Of a DNA stretch of 64,000 nucleotides, positions 8,892-16,857 are shown one piece after another; the first letter of the stretch is position 1, and each line of letters begins with the position of its first letter. This DNA comes from an uncultured Verrucomicrobiae bacterium (GTDB lineage Bacteria > Verrucomicrobiota > Verrucomicrobiia > Opitutales > Opitutaceae): positions 88,120 through 152,119 of the forward strand of contig CAWHOL010000021.1 of assembly GCA_963830965.1 (NCBI GenBank), given 5' to 3'. The position numbers and the translations under genes were made by a program. A model generated the notes under the pieces. The model worked only from the letters and a program-made list of their open reading frames with translations, searched no databases and was not told the origin of the DNA.

Positions 8892-11542
8892 ATGCAAACC
8901 CACGGTCCGAAACGGGTGTATACGCCCCATTCGCTGGAATACTGGTTCGACATACTTGCGGACGACTGGTCGGAGACGTTCACCTCGAGCCAGCTGGACG
9001 AGGGGCGGCGCATCTACCGCAACGGCGAGGTGCGCGAGCTCGAGCTGACCGACCGGGATGCGATCATCCACCGGCGGATCGAGAAAAAGGACGAGTATGC
9101 GGTCATCGAATGGACCTCCGGGACCCTGTCGGTCCGGTCGTCGACGACCGACCGCGAGATTGCCCATGCCCTTGCTGTGGCGGGACTTCACGAAATAGAG
9201 GAGCTGGTGGCCGACGAGATTTCGCCGCTCCCGGCCGACCCCGAAACGCTCACCCGGCTCAGCGCGGGGGCAGGCAACGGAAAGGCGGCGGAGCGCGACG
9301 CTGCCCTGAGCGCGGCGGACCGGTTCCCCGGCTCAACGGCCCCTCCCGGCCGCTCATGCTCGTCTTCAAGATCAAGTCCTCCGGTCTCTCGTTCCAGGCC
9401 TGCTGGGTCGACAGCGACGGGAAGGCGCGCCATCCGGCGCTTGGTCCCGACGCCCACAGCCACGCCAATGGCAACGGCCATGTCTCATCGGGCGAGCGCG
9501 CCAAGCTGATCGGCCTGGCGGCGTACGCCCGCAAGGCCCATTTCCAGTACAACCAGGACACGGGGGCGTATCTCATGGAGTCCCTCGTCGAGATCCCCAA
9601 TTTCCTCAAGGTCACGCTGCCGCTCTGGAAGCGGGTCTTCTCGATCGAGCTCGATGACAAGACCGCTAACCTGCTCAAGGGAACCCGCAGCGTCGAGATC
9701 GAGGCGGTGGCGGAGCGCTCCCAGGGCGACGCGGGGCTCAACCTGCGCTGGATCTTCCGCACGGGCGAGCGGATGCTGACGGACGCGGAGGTGTCGTCGC
9801 TGCTCAAGCGCGGAGGCCAGCCGGTCATCCTGCCGAACCTCGGCATCGTGGCTCTCTCGGCGGAGAAGTGGGAGTCGTTCAGCTCGTGGCGCCGCAACCT
9901 GGCGGACACCCAGGAGGGCGGGGCGGCCCAGCTCCAGTACCTCATCTTCTCCCTGTTCAACGACGCCCGGCTCAAGCTCACGCTCTCGCCCGAGATGGAG
10001 GCCTGGCGCCAGAGGGTCCTCGCCGCGCCGCAGTCCCCGCCGCAGACGGCCGCGATCCTGCGCCCCTACCAGCGCCGGGGCGTCGAGTGGATGCACCACC
10101 TCTGCGAGGTCGACTGCCACGGGCTCCTGGCGGACGAAATGGGCCTCGGCAAGACGCTCCAGGTGCTCGCCCTCCTGGCCATCAGGGCCACGAAGGAGCG
10201 TCCGAGCGTCATCGTGTGCCCCGCCAGCGTCGTGCCGGTCTGGCGCGAGGAGGTCTCCAAGTTCTTCCCGGAGATCAGGGTCGACGTGCTGAAGACGGGC
10301 AACGACTTCAGCTCCAACAAGGACCCGGTGATCTGGCTGTGCAGCTACACGCAGATGAGGAAGCACCGCGCGCTCCTCGACAGCTTCGAGTTTGGATACG
10401 CCGTCCTCGACGAGGGGCAGTTCATCAAGAATCCCGATGCCAAGGTCACCCAGACCTGCTTTGCCATTCGGGCGCGCCACCGCATCGTGCTGACGGGGAC
10501 CCCGCTCGAGAACCGCCAGCTCGACCTCTGGAGCATCTTCCGGTTCCTGCTTCCCGGGCTCCTCGGCTCGCGCTCGTCGTTCGAGGCCGCCCTCAACACG
10601 GACCGCGAGGGGACCCTGGCGAGGCTGAGGGCGCAGCTGGCGCCGTTCATCCTCCGGAGGACCAAGAAGGAGGTCGCCCAGGAGCTTCCGCCGAAGGTCG
10701 AAATGGACCTGATCTGCCCGCTCACCGACGTGCAGCGCGCCGAGTACGCCCGGATCTGCACGGAGGGCCTGGAGAGGCTGGGCGACGACGTGGGCTCCGC
10801 CATGAGGGAGAAGTCGTTCGGGTTCCTGGCGCTCCTGACCCGGCTGCGCCAGACCTGCTGCGACCCCGACATGCTCCCGTGGCTGAAGGCGCCCCTGGCG
10901 GACTCGGGAAAGATCAACCTGCTGATGGAGAAGCTGGCGGAGATCGTCGGCAGCGGCCACAAGGTCGTCATCTTTTCCCAGTTCGTGATGCTGCTCGACC
11001 GCGTGCGCGCCGCGCTGATCCAGAACTTCCCCGACCTGGCGAGGTTCGAGCTGACGGGCATGACGCTGGACCGGCTGAAGCCGGTCCAGGCGTTCCAGGG
11101 CGCGCCCGGCGCCGCCGCCATGCTCGTTTCGCTCAAGGCGGCCGGCACCGGCATCACGCTCCACGCCGCGGACTATGTCTTCCTGCTGGATCCCTGGTGG
11201 AACCCCGCGGTCGAGGCGCAGGCCGTCGACCGGGTGCACAGGATCGGCCAGACGAACACCGTCTTCGTCTACCGCATGGTGACCGCGGGCACGGTCGAGG
11301 AGAGGATCCAGGCCCTCAAGGCCTCGAAGAGGGACCTCTTCGACCGGCTGGTCGGGGGCCTTGGCGGCGACTTCGACCTGAGCCAGCATTTCTCATCGAT
11401 GAAGAGCCTGGTCCAGCTAACGGCCTCGCCCGAGCAGGAGCTGCCGGAGCGTTGGCCCGAGACCCCCGCGCCTGGCGCGGCTGGCGGCGTCGGCGAGCAG
11501 CCTTCCCTCCCTCCTCAGGACGGCGAGGAGCGCGCAGGGTAG
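8892..11542 (+). CDS. SNF2-family DEAD/DEAH helicase with an N-terminal SNF2-associated domain (frame interrupted around 9320-9350 as assembled)
   Basis: ORF 9110..11542 carries LADEMGLGKT, DEGQFIKN, LTGTPLEN and the helicase-C motifs (LVSLKAAGTGITL, WWNPAVEAQAVDRVHRIGQ). ORF 8892..9509 encodes a plausible N-terminal domain up to about aa 145 and then junk. The two frames meet near a CCCC run at 9326-9329. An alternative in-frame ATG at 9356 would give a shorter protein. Confidence 0.85.
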
Positions 11543-11667
11543 GGCGAGCATGGCCGCGGCGAGGAAGGGCCCCGGCAGCCCCGAATGCCGCAGGGCGACC
11601 GGGCACAGCGCGGCTCCGCCGGCGACGAGGCAGGCCCTGAAGGCGCCCCTTCGGATCGCGGCAGCCC

Positions 11668-12129
11668 TCACGCCCCCGCTTTGGCGGCGCGGCGGGGACG
11701 CCTCGGCGCCTTGAATTCGGCGGACGCCTCGATCGACACGGCGGCGGAGGCGGGAGCCGCCGCCGGATTCGCCTCCTCCTCGGGGCGCCTGATGTGCAGG
11801 AACTGGACGTTCTCGGCGACGACCTTCATCCGCGAGCGCTTCGCGCCGCTGTGCCGGTCCTGCCACTGGTCGACGTCCATCCGGCCCTCGACAAGGACGA
11901 GCGAGCCGAGGGTCAGGAAATGGGCGCAGGCCTCGCCGGGCGGGCCCCAGACCTCGATGTCGTTGATGAAGGTCGTGCGCGTCACCTTTTCGCCGCTCTC
12001 GTCGCGGGTGTTCCGGTTGATCGCCACGTTGAGCAGGCAGAGGGCCTGCTTTTCCCCGCTCTGCTGGAAGCGCAGCTCGGGCGCCTTTGTCAGATTGCCG
12101 ATGAATGCGTATCGATTGAGGTAGGGCAT
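11668..12129 (-). CDS. ssb: Single-stranded DNA-binding protein with a non-canonical basic C-terminal tail
   Basis: ORF 11668..12129. The OB-fold region (NRYAFIGNLTKAPELRF...VEGRMDVDQWQD...KVVAENVQFL) matches bacterial SSB. The tail ends ...EFKAPRRPRRAAKAGA and has no D-D-D-I-P-F-like tip. Confidence 0.88.
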   Translation of the reverse strand: MPYLNRYAFIGNLTKAPELRFQQSGEKQALCLLNVAINRNTRDESGEKVTRTTFINDIEVWGPPGEACAHFLTLGSLVLVEGRMDVDQWQDRHSGAKRSRMKVVAENVQFLHIRRPEEEANPAAAPASAAVSIEASAEFKAPRRPRRAAKAGA

Positions 12130-12153
12130 GGGCCCGTTTTAAAAGTCACGTAA

Positions 12154-12167
12154 TTAGACAAGTCAAA
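12154..12167 (-). promoter_or_regulatory. 14-bp motif TTTGACTTGTCTAA (minus-strand reading), copy A, 25-38 nt upstream of the ssb start
   Basis: Plus strand reads TTAGACAAGTCAAA at 12154-12167. It is identical to the copy at 15754-15767. It contains the -35-like TTGACT, and TTTAAA lies 17 nt downstream. Confidence 0.4.
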
Positions 12168-12234
12168 GAAAATCAGCGGATGTGTTAATTTGCGGCCGCT
12201 GCGGGGCCCGCCGCGGACCGCCTCGCGGCCGGGG

Positions 12235-12846
12235 CTAGTCCCGGGGTTCCCCTGCCTCGGCTCGTCCCCCGGGGGGCTTCGCAGCCGCCGCCGGGCGGCT
12301 TGCGGCCTCGAGTTCGGCGATCCGGGCCTGCGCCCGGGCGAGCATTTCCGCCAGCTTCCGGGACTCCGCCTGGAGTTCGAGGGCCTGCGCGGAGAGCTCG
12401 CGGCTGCGCTCCATCACGGTTCCGAGGGCGTTGTCCATCCTGGCCGAGCTCTCGCGGTTGGCGGCGACCTCGGCGGCGAGTTCCTGCGGCAGGAGCGCGG
12501 GCTGGTAGGCGAGCTCTCCGCGCGCGATCTCTCCGGCCACGATCCGCATCGAGGTCGGGGCGCCCTCGAGCGATTGCGCGTCCGTCTCGCGGACAAGCGC
12601 CAGGCGGCCGTCGAGCAGCATGAGCCGGTAGGCCGCGGGCAGCGTGATCCGGTCCGGAAGCCGGACCGCCTCCCGGCCGGCATCGGGGCCCGGAGTGTCC
12701 GGCGGCCCGCTCAAGAGGCCTGCGTCCACGGGCGAGGCCGGCGCTCCCACATGGGCCGTCGCGGGCCCGGGCTGGCCCCGGTTGGGTCCCGCGCATCCCC
12801 CGGCGAGGGCGAGGCCCGCGAGCAGAGCTGTGGGGGCCGCCTTCAA
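12235..12846 (-). CDS. Lipoprotein with a C-terminal coiled coil (occupies the TraV/VirB7 position of the T4SS-core-like operon)
   Basis: ORF 12235..12846 with a TTG start that overlaps the upstream stop (TTGA). It has a signal peptide plus lipobox-like LALAGGC. The C-terminus is heptad-like (ELSAQALELQAESRKLAEMLARAQARIAELE). Confidence 0.65.
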   Translation of the reverse strand: MKAAPTALLAGLALAGGCAGPNRGQPGPATAHVGAPASPVDAGLLSGPPDTPGPDAGREAVRLPDRITLPAAYRLMLLDGRLALVRETDAQSLEGAPTSMRIVAGEIARGELAYQPALLPQELAAEVAANRESSARMDNALGTVMERSRELSAQALELQAESRKLAEMLARAQARIAELEAASRPAAAAKPPGGRAEAGEPRD

Positions 12847-14045
12847 CCGGTTTGCCGGCGCCCCGCCGGAAGCTTGAGCCCGACCGCCGCGGCGCCCGGG
12901 TCGATCGTCTGTTCAACGAACAGGTAGAATTCCTTGCCGGCCGGAACCCGCACGTAGACGCCCCGCTTTGAGATCTCCTCGCGAATTCGGCTGACGATCT
13001 GGTTCATGACCTCGGTCGTGGCGCCTCCAAGGGAGCTGGCGGCGGCGTTGCCGATCGTCGGTGCGATCTGGGTGGCGCCGAGGACGCCGGAAACCCCCGC
13101 GGCCGGCTGCTGGCGCTCGGCCACGGCCGCGATGCCCTGCGCCATGCCGCTGATCGCCGCGGCCGCGAAGAGCTTGATTTCACGGTCGTCGAGGGACGAG
13201 AGCGTGTAGCCCACAAGCCCGTCCGTGCCGTCGTCGAGCCCCCACGAGCGGGCCTGGCCGCGGTCGCCGACGACCGTCTCGCGCCGGTCGAGGGCCCGGG
13301 CCTTCAGGACGAGCTCGCGTCCGTTGGCGCGGGCGCCCTCTTCGGGAAGCACCAGGGTCCATTCGCCCTCGTCCACAAGCCGCCCGACGCCCGACGCGTC
13401 GATGACGGGCTCGGGCTTCGCATAGCTGAAGACCTCCGTCCCCGCCGGGATGATCACGTCGCCGTTCCAGTCGAGGTCCTGGGTCACCAGGGCGACGATG
13501 GGCTCCGACCGGGCGGTCACGCTGTCCAGGGTGGCGATGAGCTGGCACTTGAGGAGGCGGCCAAAGGGGGCGAAGGCGGCCGCCGGGGATGGGGCCGATT
13601 CGGCGCGGGGCTGCGCGCGGGCCGCAGGGGGCGGCGCGGCTGCGGCCGCGGCCCCCGGGTCGGGGGGCATCCGGAAGATCTCGGGCAGCGTCCTCTTCTC
13701 GTCCCTTCGCCGGTTTGCGGGGCCGCCTGGGTTCGGGTCGGGCGAGCCGGTGTCCTTGGCCGGGACGCCGTCCGCAAGATTCTGGACCGGCTTCGGCCGC
13801 TCGACCTCGCGCCGGTAGCCGCTCGAAACCGGGGAGGCTTCCCGCTCCGCCTCCGACGGGCTGATCTGCTCGGCCGGCAGGCGGGTGGGGAACGCCGCCT
13901 GCGGCAGTTCGGCGCGGGCCGGCGCGGGCCGGCTCCGAGCCTGCCAGATGAGCGCCGCCGCGAGGGCCGCGGCGCCGAGCATGAGGGCGCGCCCCCTCAG
14001 CGAGATTCGGGGGGGGCGCGCGGGTTCCGTCTCGGGCTCGTTCAC
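12843..14045 (-). CDS. VirB10/TrbI/TraB-like T4SS core protein
   Basis: Part of ORF 12843..14624. The GTG start at 14045 lies 5 nt after the upstream stop. The architecture is a short N-terminal tail, one TM helix (ALMLGAAALAAALIW), a Pro/Ala-rich linker, and a C-terminal domain that fits the TrbI pattern (LLKCQLIATLDSV...VIIPAGTEVFSY; DDGTDGLVGYT; LFAAAAISG; VYVRVPAGKEFYLFVEQTID). Confidence 0.62.
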   Translation of the reverse strand: MNEPETEPARPPRISLRGRALMLGAAALAAALIWQARSRPAPARAELPQAAFPTRLPAEQISPSEAEREASPVSSGYRREVERPKPVQNLADGVPAKDTGSPDPNPGGPANRRRDEKRTLPEIFRMPPDPGAAAAAAPPPAARAQPRAESAPSPAAAFAPFGRLLKCQLIATLDSVTARSEPIVALVTQDLDWNGDVIIPAGTEVFSYAKPEPVIDASGVGRLVDEGEWTLVLPEEGARANGRELVLKARALDRRETVVGDRGQARSWGLDDGTDGLVGYTLSSLDDREIKLFAAAAISGMAQGIAAVAERQQPAAGVSGVLGATQIAPTIGNAAASSLGGATTEVMNQIVSRIREEISKRGVYVRVPAGKEFYLFVEQTIDPGAAAVGLKLPAGRRQTG

Positions 14046-14050
14046 GGGTT

Positions 14051-15025
14051 TCAGGGGATCTCGAGCGGCATCCGCCTGACGGGCCTCGGATTCGCCGAGG
14101 CCCGGACGAGGGCACTGATCTCGAAGACATTGTCGGGCAGGAGCCGCGTCGGCCCTCCGTCGGGCCCGCGCGCGAGGACAAGGAACACAGGCTCCGCGGC
14201 CCCGGGGCCGAGTTCGCCGCCGAAGTCGACCGTGCGCACGGGGTAGACCCTGTCGCCGACGCGGACGACCCAGCCCGTGGGATCGAACAGGAGAACGCGC
14301 GCGGTCGCGTTCGCGACGCTTGCACAGATGCCGAGCGTGTCGGTGGACCCGTCCCTGAGCGCGAAGCGGGGGGCGACCGTGAAATCCCCAAAGCTCCGGG
14401 GGACCCCGTCGAGCGCGGCCAGCTCGAGCGCGGGGTTGGCCCCTACGAAACCCCGGGCGGACTCCGCGGTGGAATTGAGCACGAGGCGCAGGGTCTCGAT
14501 GAGCCCGATCTCCGACTCCGGGCTCGGCTCCCTCAGGCGGGTCCCCGGGGGCCTCGGGGAGAGCGAAACGGCGAGCCTCGGCTCCGGGCTCGGCCTGTCG
14601 GCGCCAAAGACCACCTTGCGCCACGCCAGGCCCGCCGGAGCCGGCACGAATTCCACGGGGACGCTCCGGGTCGAGCCGCCGGGCTCGGCGAGCACGATGT
14701 CAAGGACCCGGTGCGCGCCGGCGGCAACCGGCGTCACGAAGAGGCGCGCCTTGCCGCGGTTCGCCTCGATCACGAAGTCGCCCGCGAACTTCTCGGCGTC
14801 CGGGGTGAATCCGCGTCCCGCCCAGTCCTCAAGGGGCCACGGGAAGTCGAGCTCGACCGTGTTTTCGGGCTCGGTCGGAACCTCGATGGGCTGGCGCTCC
14901 TCGGACTCGGGCTTGAGGGCGATCCGGACGATGCTCTGGAGCGGGGAGCCGTCTGGGGCGGGCGCGGAGGCGCGCGCCGCGCACGCGGCCGCGGACGCTG
15001 CGAGGAGCGCGCGCGCAAGGCTCAC
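14051..15025 (-). CDS. Secreted VirB9/TraK-like protein (tentative)
   Basis: ORF 14051..15025 with a GTG start that overlaps the upstream stop (GTGA). It has a cleavable signal peptide (AAACAARA-SAP). The N-terminal beta-rich segment (...ARLFVTPVAAGAHRVLDIVLAEPGGSTRSVPVEFVPA) resembles the VirB9/TraK N-domain pattern. The call rests on position and pattern only. Confidence 0.38.
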   Translation of the reverse strand: MSLARALLAASAAACAARASAPAPDGSPLQSIVRIALKPESEERQPIEVPTEPENTVELDFPWPLEDWAGRGFTPDAEKFAGDFVIEANRGKARLFVTPVAAGAHRVLDIVLAEPGGSTRSVPVEFVPAPAGLAWRKVVFGADRPSPEPRLAVSLSPRPPGTRLREPSPESEIGLIETLRLVLNSTAESARGFVGANPALELAALDGVPRSFGDFTVAPRFALRDGSTDTLGICASVANATARVLLFDPTGWVVRVGDRVYPVRTVDFGGELGPGAAEPVFLVLARGPDGGPTRLLPDNVFEISALVRASANPRPVRRMPLEIP

Positions 15026-15723
15026 GGGACCTCCTTGTCCCCCGGCCAGCGCACGGCGGCCCGGTGCCTCACGACGACGAAGGGATAGCGGCCCATCTGC
15101 ATGGCGTCCTCCTGGGCGGCCAGCTCGACGACGAGGTGGAACTCGCCGGGAGGCGGCTGGTAGGGGAGGCCCTCGATCGCGCCCGAGCGGACGACGAAGC
15201 CGCGGACCCGGTAACGCGGGGAGCTCCCTTCATCCAGCACCTCGATTCCCTCGACCTCGGGATGGTCGTACAGGTTCCGGCGCTTGCGCTCGGGCAGTTC
15301 CGAGCGCACCTCGGCGTCCAGCGCCCGCCAGCTCTCGCCGACGAAGATCCTGCGCGCAACCTCCGGGTAGGAGAGGCCCGAGGGGTTGCGTGTGAAGCAC
15401 GCCTGCGCGGCCTGAAGGAGGATCTCGCGGAAAAGGGAGCTTCTGGCCTCCGCGGGCTTTACGGGGCCGTAATGGATGGTCCCGGCCCCGTCGACCGAGT
15501 AGGCCCAGACGCCCTCACGCAGATTTGCGGTGCCCCGCTCGAGGATGAGGAGGCAGGCGAGCGGGCACACCGTCGCGACCGCCATGCAGAGGACCTTGAT
15601 CTGGTGCTCCGCGACCCAGCGCTGGGCCGGGCTGAAGGGCGACGCGAGGGCGTGCTCGGTCCGCGGGCCCGCGTTGGCGGGCCTGCGCGGCACCTCCGGC
15701 TGTTCGGTATCGCCCTCCTTCAT
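15022..15723 (-). CDS. Bitopic VirB8/TraE-like protein (tentative)
   Basis: ORF 15022..15723, 233 aa. It has a ~40-aa cytoplasmic N-terminus, a single TM helix (VLCMAVATVCPLACLLIL) and a ~170-aa periplasmic domain, which is VirB8-like size and topology. It is the first gene of the coupled operon. Confidence 0.38.
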   Translation of the reverse strand: MKEGDTEQPEVPRRPANAGPRTEHALASPFSPAQRWVAEHQIKVLCMAVATVCPLACLLILERGTANLREGVWAYSVDGAGTIHYGPVKPAEARSSLFREILLQAAQACFTRNPSGLSYPEVARRIFVGESWRALDAEVRSELPERKRRNLYDHPEVEGIEVLDEGSSPRYRVRGFVVRSGAIEGLPYQPPPGEFHLVVELAAQEDAMQMGRYPFVVVRHRAAVRWPGDKEVP

Positions 15724-15753
15724 CGGGCGCGCAGGAGAGCACGCCCGAGATTG

Positions 15754-15767
15754 TTAGACAAGTCAAA
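15754..15767 (-). promoter_or_regulatory. 14-bp motif TTTGACTTGTCTAA (minus-strand reading), copy B, 31-44 nt upstream of the VirB8-like start
   Basis: Plus strand reads TTAGACAAGTCAAA at 15754-15767. It is identical to copy A and overlaps the stop codon (15763-15765) of the upstream 107-aa ORF. Confidence 0.4.
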
Positions 15768-16086
15768 CTTTACGCTTTAATCGGCGGGACTTCGGCTTCG
15801 GGCCCGGGGCCACGGGGGGGCGCCCCTCCCCGGTTTCCACCCACTTCTCCGCCCGCCTGAGCGCGGCGTTCGCCGGCCCGCCCAGCTCGACGAGGCGCGG
15901 GCCTGAACGCGCCCCTGTGGTGGCGTTCAGGAAGTAAATCGTCTCCGCCGGGTCCTCCCCCGGCAGCGGCGGCGGCGGCAGCCTGCGGATCGTCCCGACG
16001 TAGCCGAGGCCGAGGCGCTTGGAACGCCCCTTCGCAAGGCCCGTCAGGAAGCGTTCGAAGGCGGCACGTCGCTGGGAGGGATTCAT
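15763..16086 (-). CDS. Hypothetical small basic protein (107 aa)
   Basis: ORF 15763..16086. It has high third-position GC, no TM segment or signal peptide, and a Lys/Arg-rich C-terminus (KPKSRRLKRKV). I recognise no family. Confidence 0.5.
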   Translation of the reverse strand: MNPSQRRAAFERFLTGLAKGRSKRLGLGYVGTIRRLPPPPLPGEDPAETIYFLNATTGARSGPRLVELGGPANAALRRAEKWVETGEGRPPVAPGPKPKSRRLKRKV

Positions 16087-16147
16087 TTTTTGCGGGAAAA
16101 GCTGAAGAGAAAGCGGTTGCTAAACGTGTCCAATCAGGCTAGATAAA

Positions 16148-16193
16148 TTTTCACTCGTTTTCAACCATCTTATAACCTAATTGATCCCATCAA
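16148..16193 (+). promoter_or_regulatory. Candidate sigma70-type promoter (TTTTCA-17 nt-TATAAC) followed by the palindrome TTGATCCCATCAA upstream of the 16200 gene
   Basis: AT-rich divergent intergenic region 16087-16199. The -35-like element is at 16148-16153, the -10-like element at 16171-16176, and the 13-bp palindrome at 16181-16193, just before the ATG at 16200. Confidence 0.3.
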
Positions 16194-16199
16194 AACTCC

Positions 16200-16823
16200 A
16201 TGAGTGACAAGACCAAAACGAATGAGGCGCCGCTTAAGGGCCTCTCCGCCTCGGCCGCCGCCTCGCGCGGGATGGCGGAACCCGATGTCGTCGATTTCCT
16301 GCCTCTGCCCGTGTATCCGCTCCTCGGCGTGCAGGTCCACTGCGTGCGCTGGCAGAAGATCGTCCAGGGAATGAGGAAAAAGGGCGTCATCGTCCGGGTG
16401 CACCGCGAGAGCGACCGGGGCGGCCTCTTCAAGGCGGCCTCAAGGGTCGGCGTAAAGCTGACGAGCCGCCGGTGCGCCGGCTCCGAGGGGCCGAGCTGGC
16501 TCGTGCGGATCCGGGACTCCGGCGCCAGGAACGCCGCCGACATCGACGCCGCCGACCCGACCGCGTCGGACCGCGGGCGCTACCGGGCGCTCGGCCTCCT
16601 CGTCCTCGAGCGCGGATCCCTTCCCATCCAGCGGCGCGACATGGCCACCGCCCTCCACCGCTCGCTCAGGGAGTTCATCCGCGAGAATGCGCTCGCCGGG
16701 CGCCGGCAGCGCAATGCGGTCGTGGTGACGGCGCAGTCGGGAGGCGAGTTCGTCGTGTCGGTCGCTCCGAGCATCCGGGCGGCCTTCGCGGCGCGCGAGA
16801 GGAACAAGAGTCCCGCCGCTTGA
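16200..16823 (+). CDS. Hypothetical protein (207 aa), upstream partner of the AAA+ ATPase
   Basis: ORF 16200..16823. It has a strong GC3 bias typical of coding sequence here, no TM segment, and no family I recognise. It ends 34 nt before the AAA+ gene. Confidence 0.6.
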   Translation: MSDKTKTNEAPLKGLSASAAASRGMAEPDVVDFLPLPVYPLLGVQVHCVRWQKIVQGMRKKGVIVRVHRESDRGGLFKAASRVGVKLTSRRCAGSEGPSWLVRIRDSGARNAADIDAADPTASDRGRYRALGLLVLERGSLPIQRRDMATALHRSLREFIRENALAGRRQRNAVVVTAQSGGEFVVSVAPSIRAAFAARERNKSPAA

Positions 16824-16857
16824 CGAGGGACCCCGCCTCGGCCAAGAAGGCTCGGAA

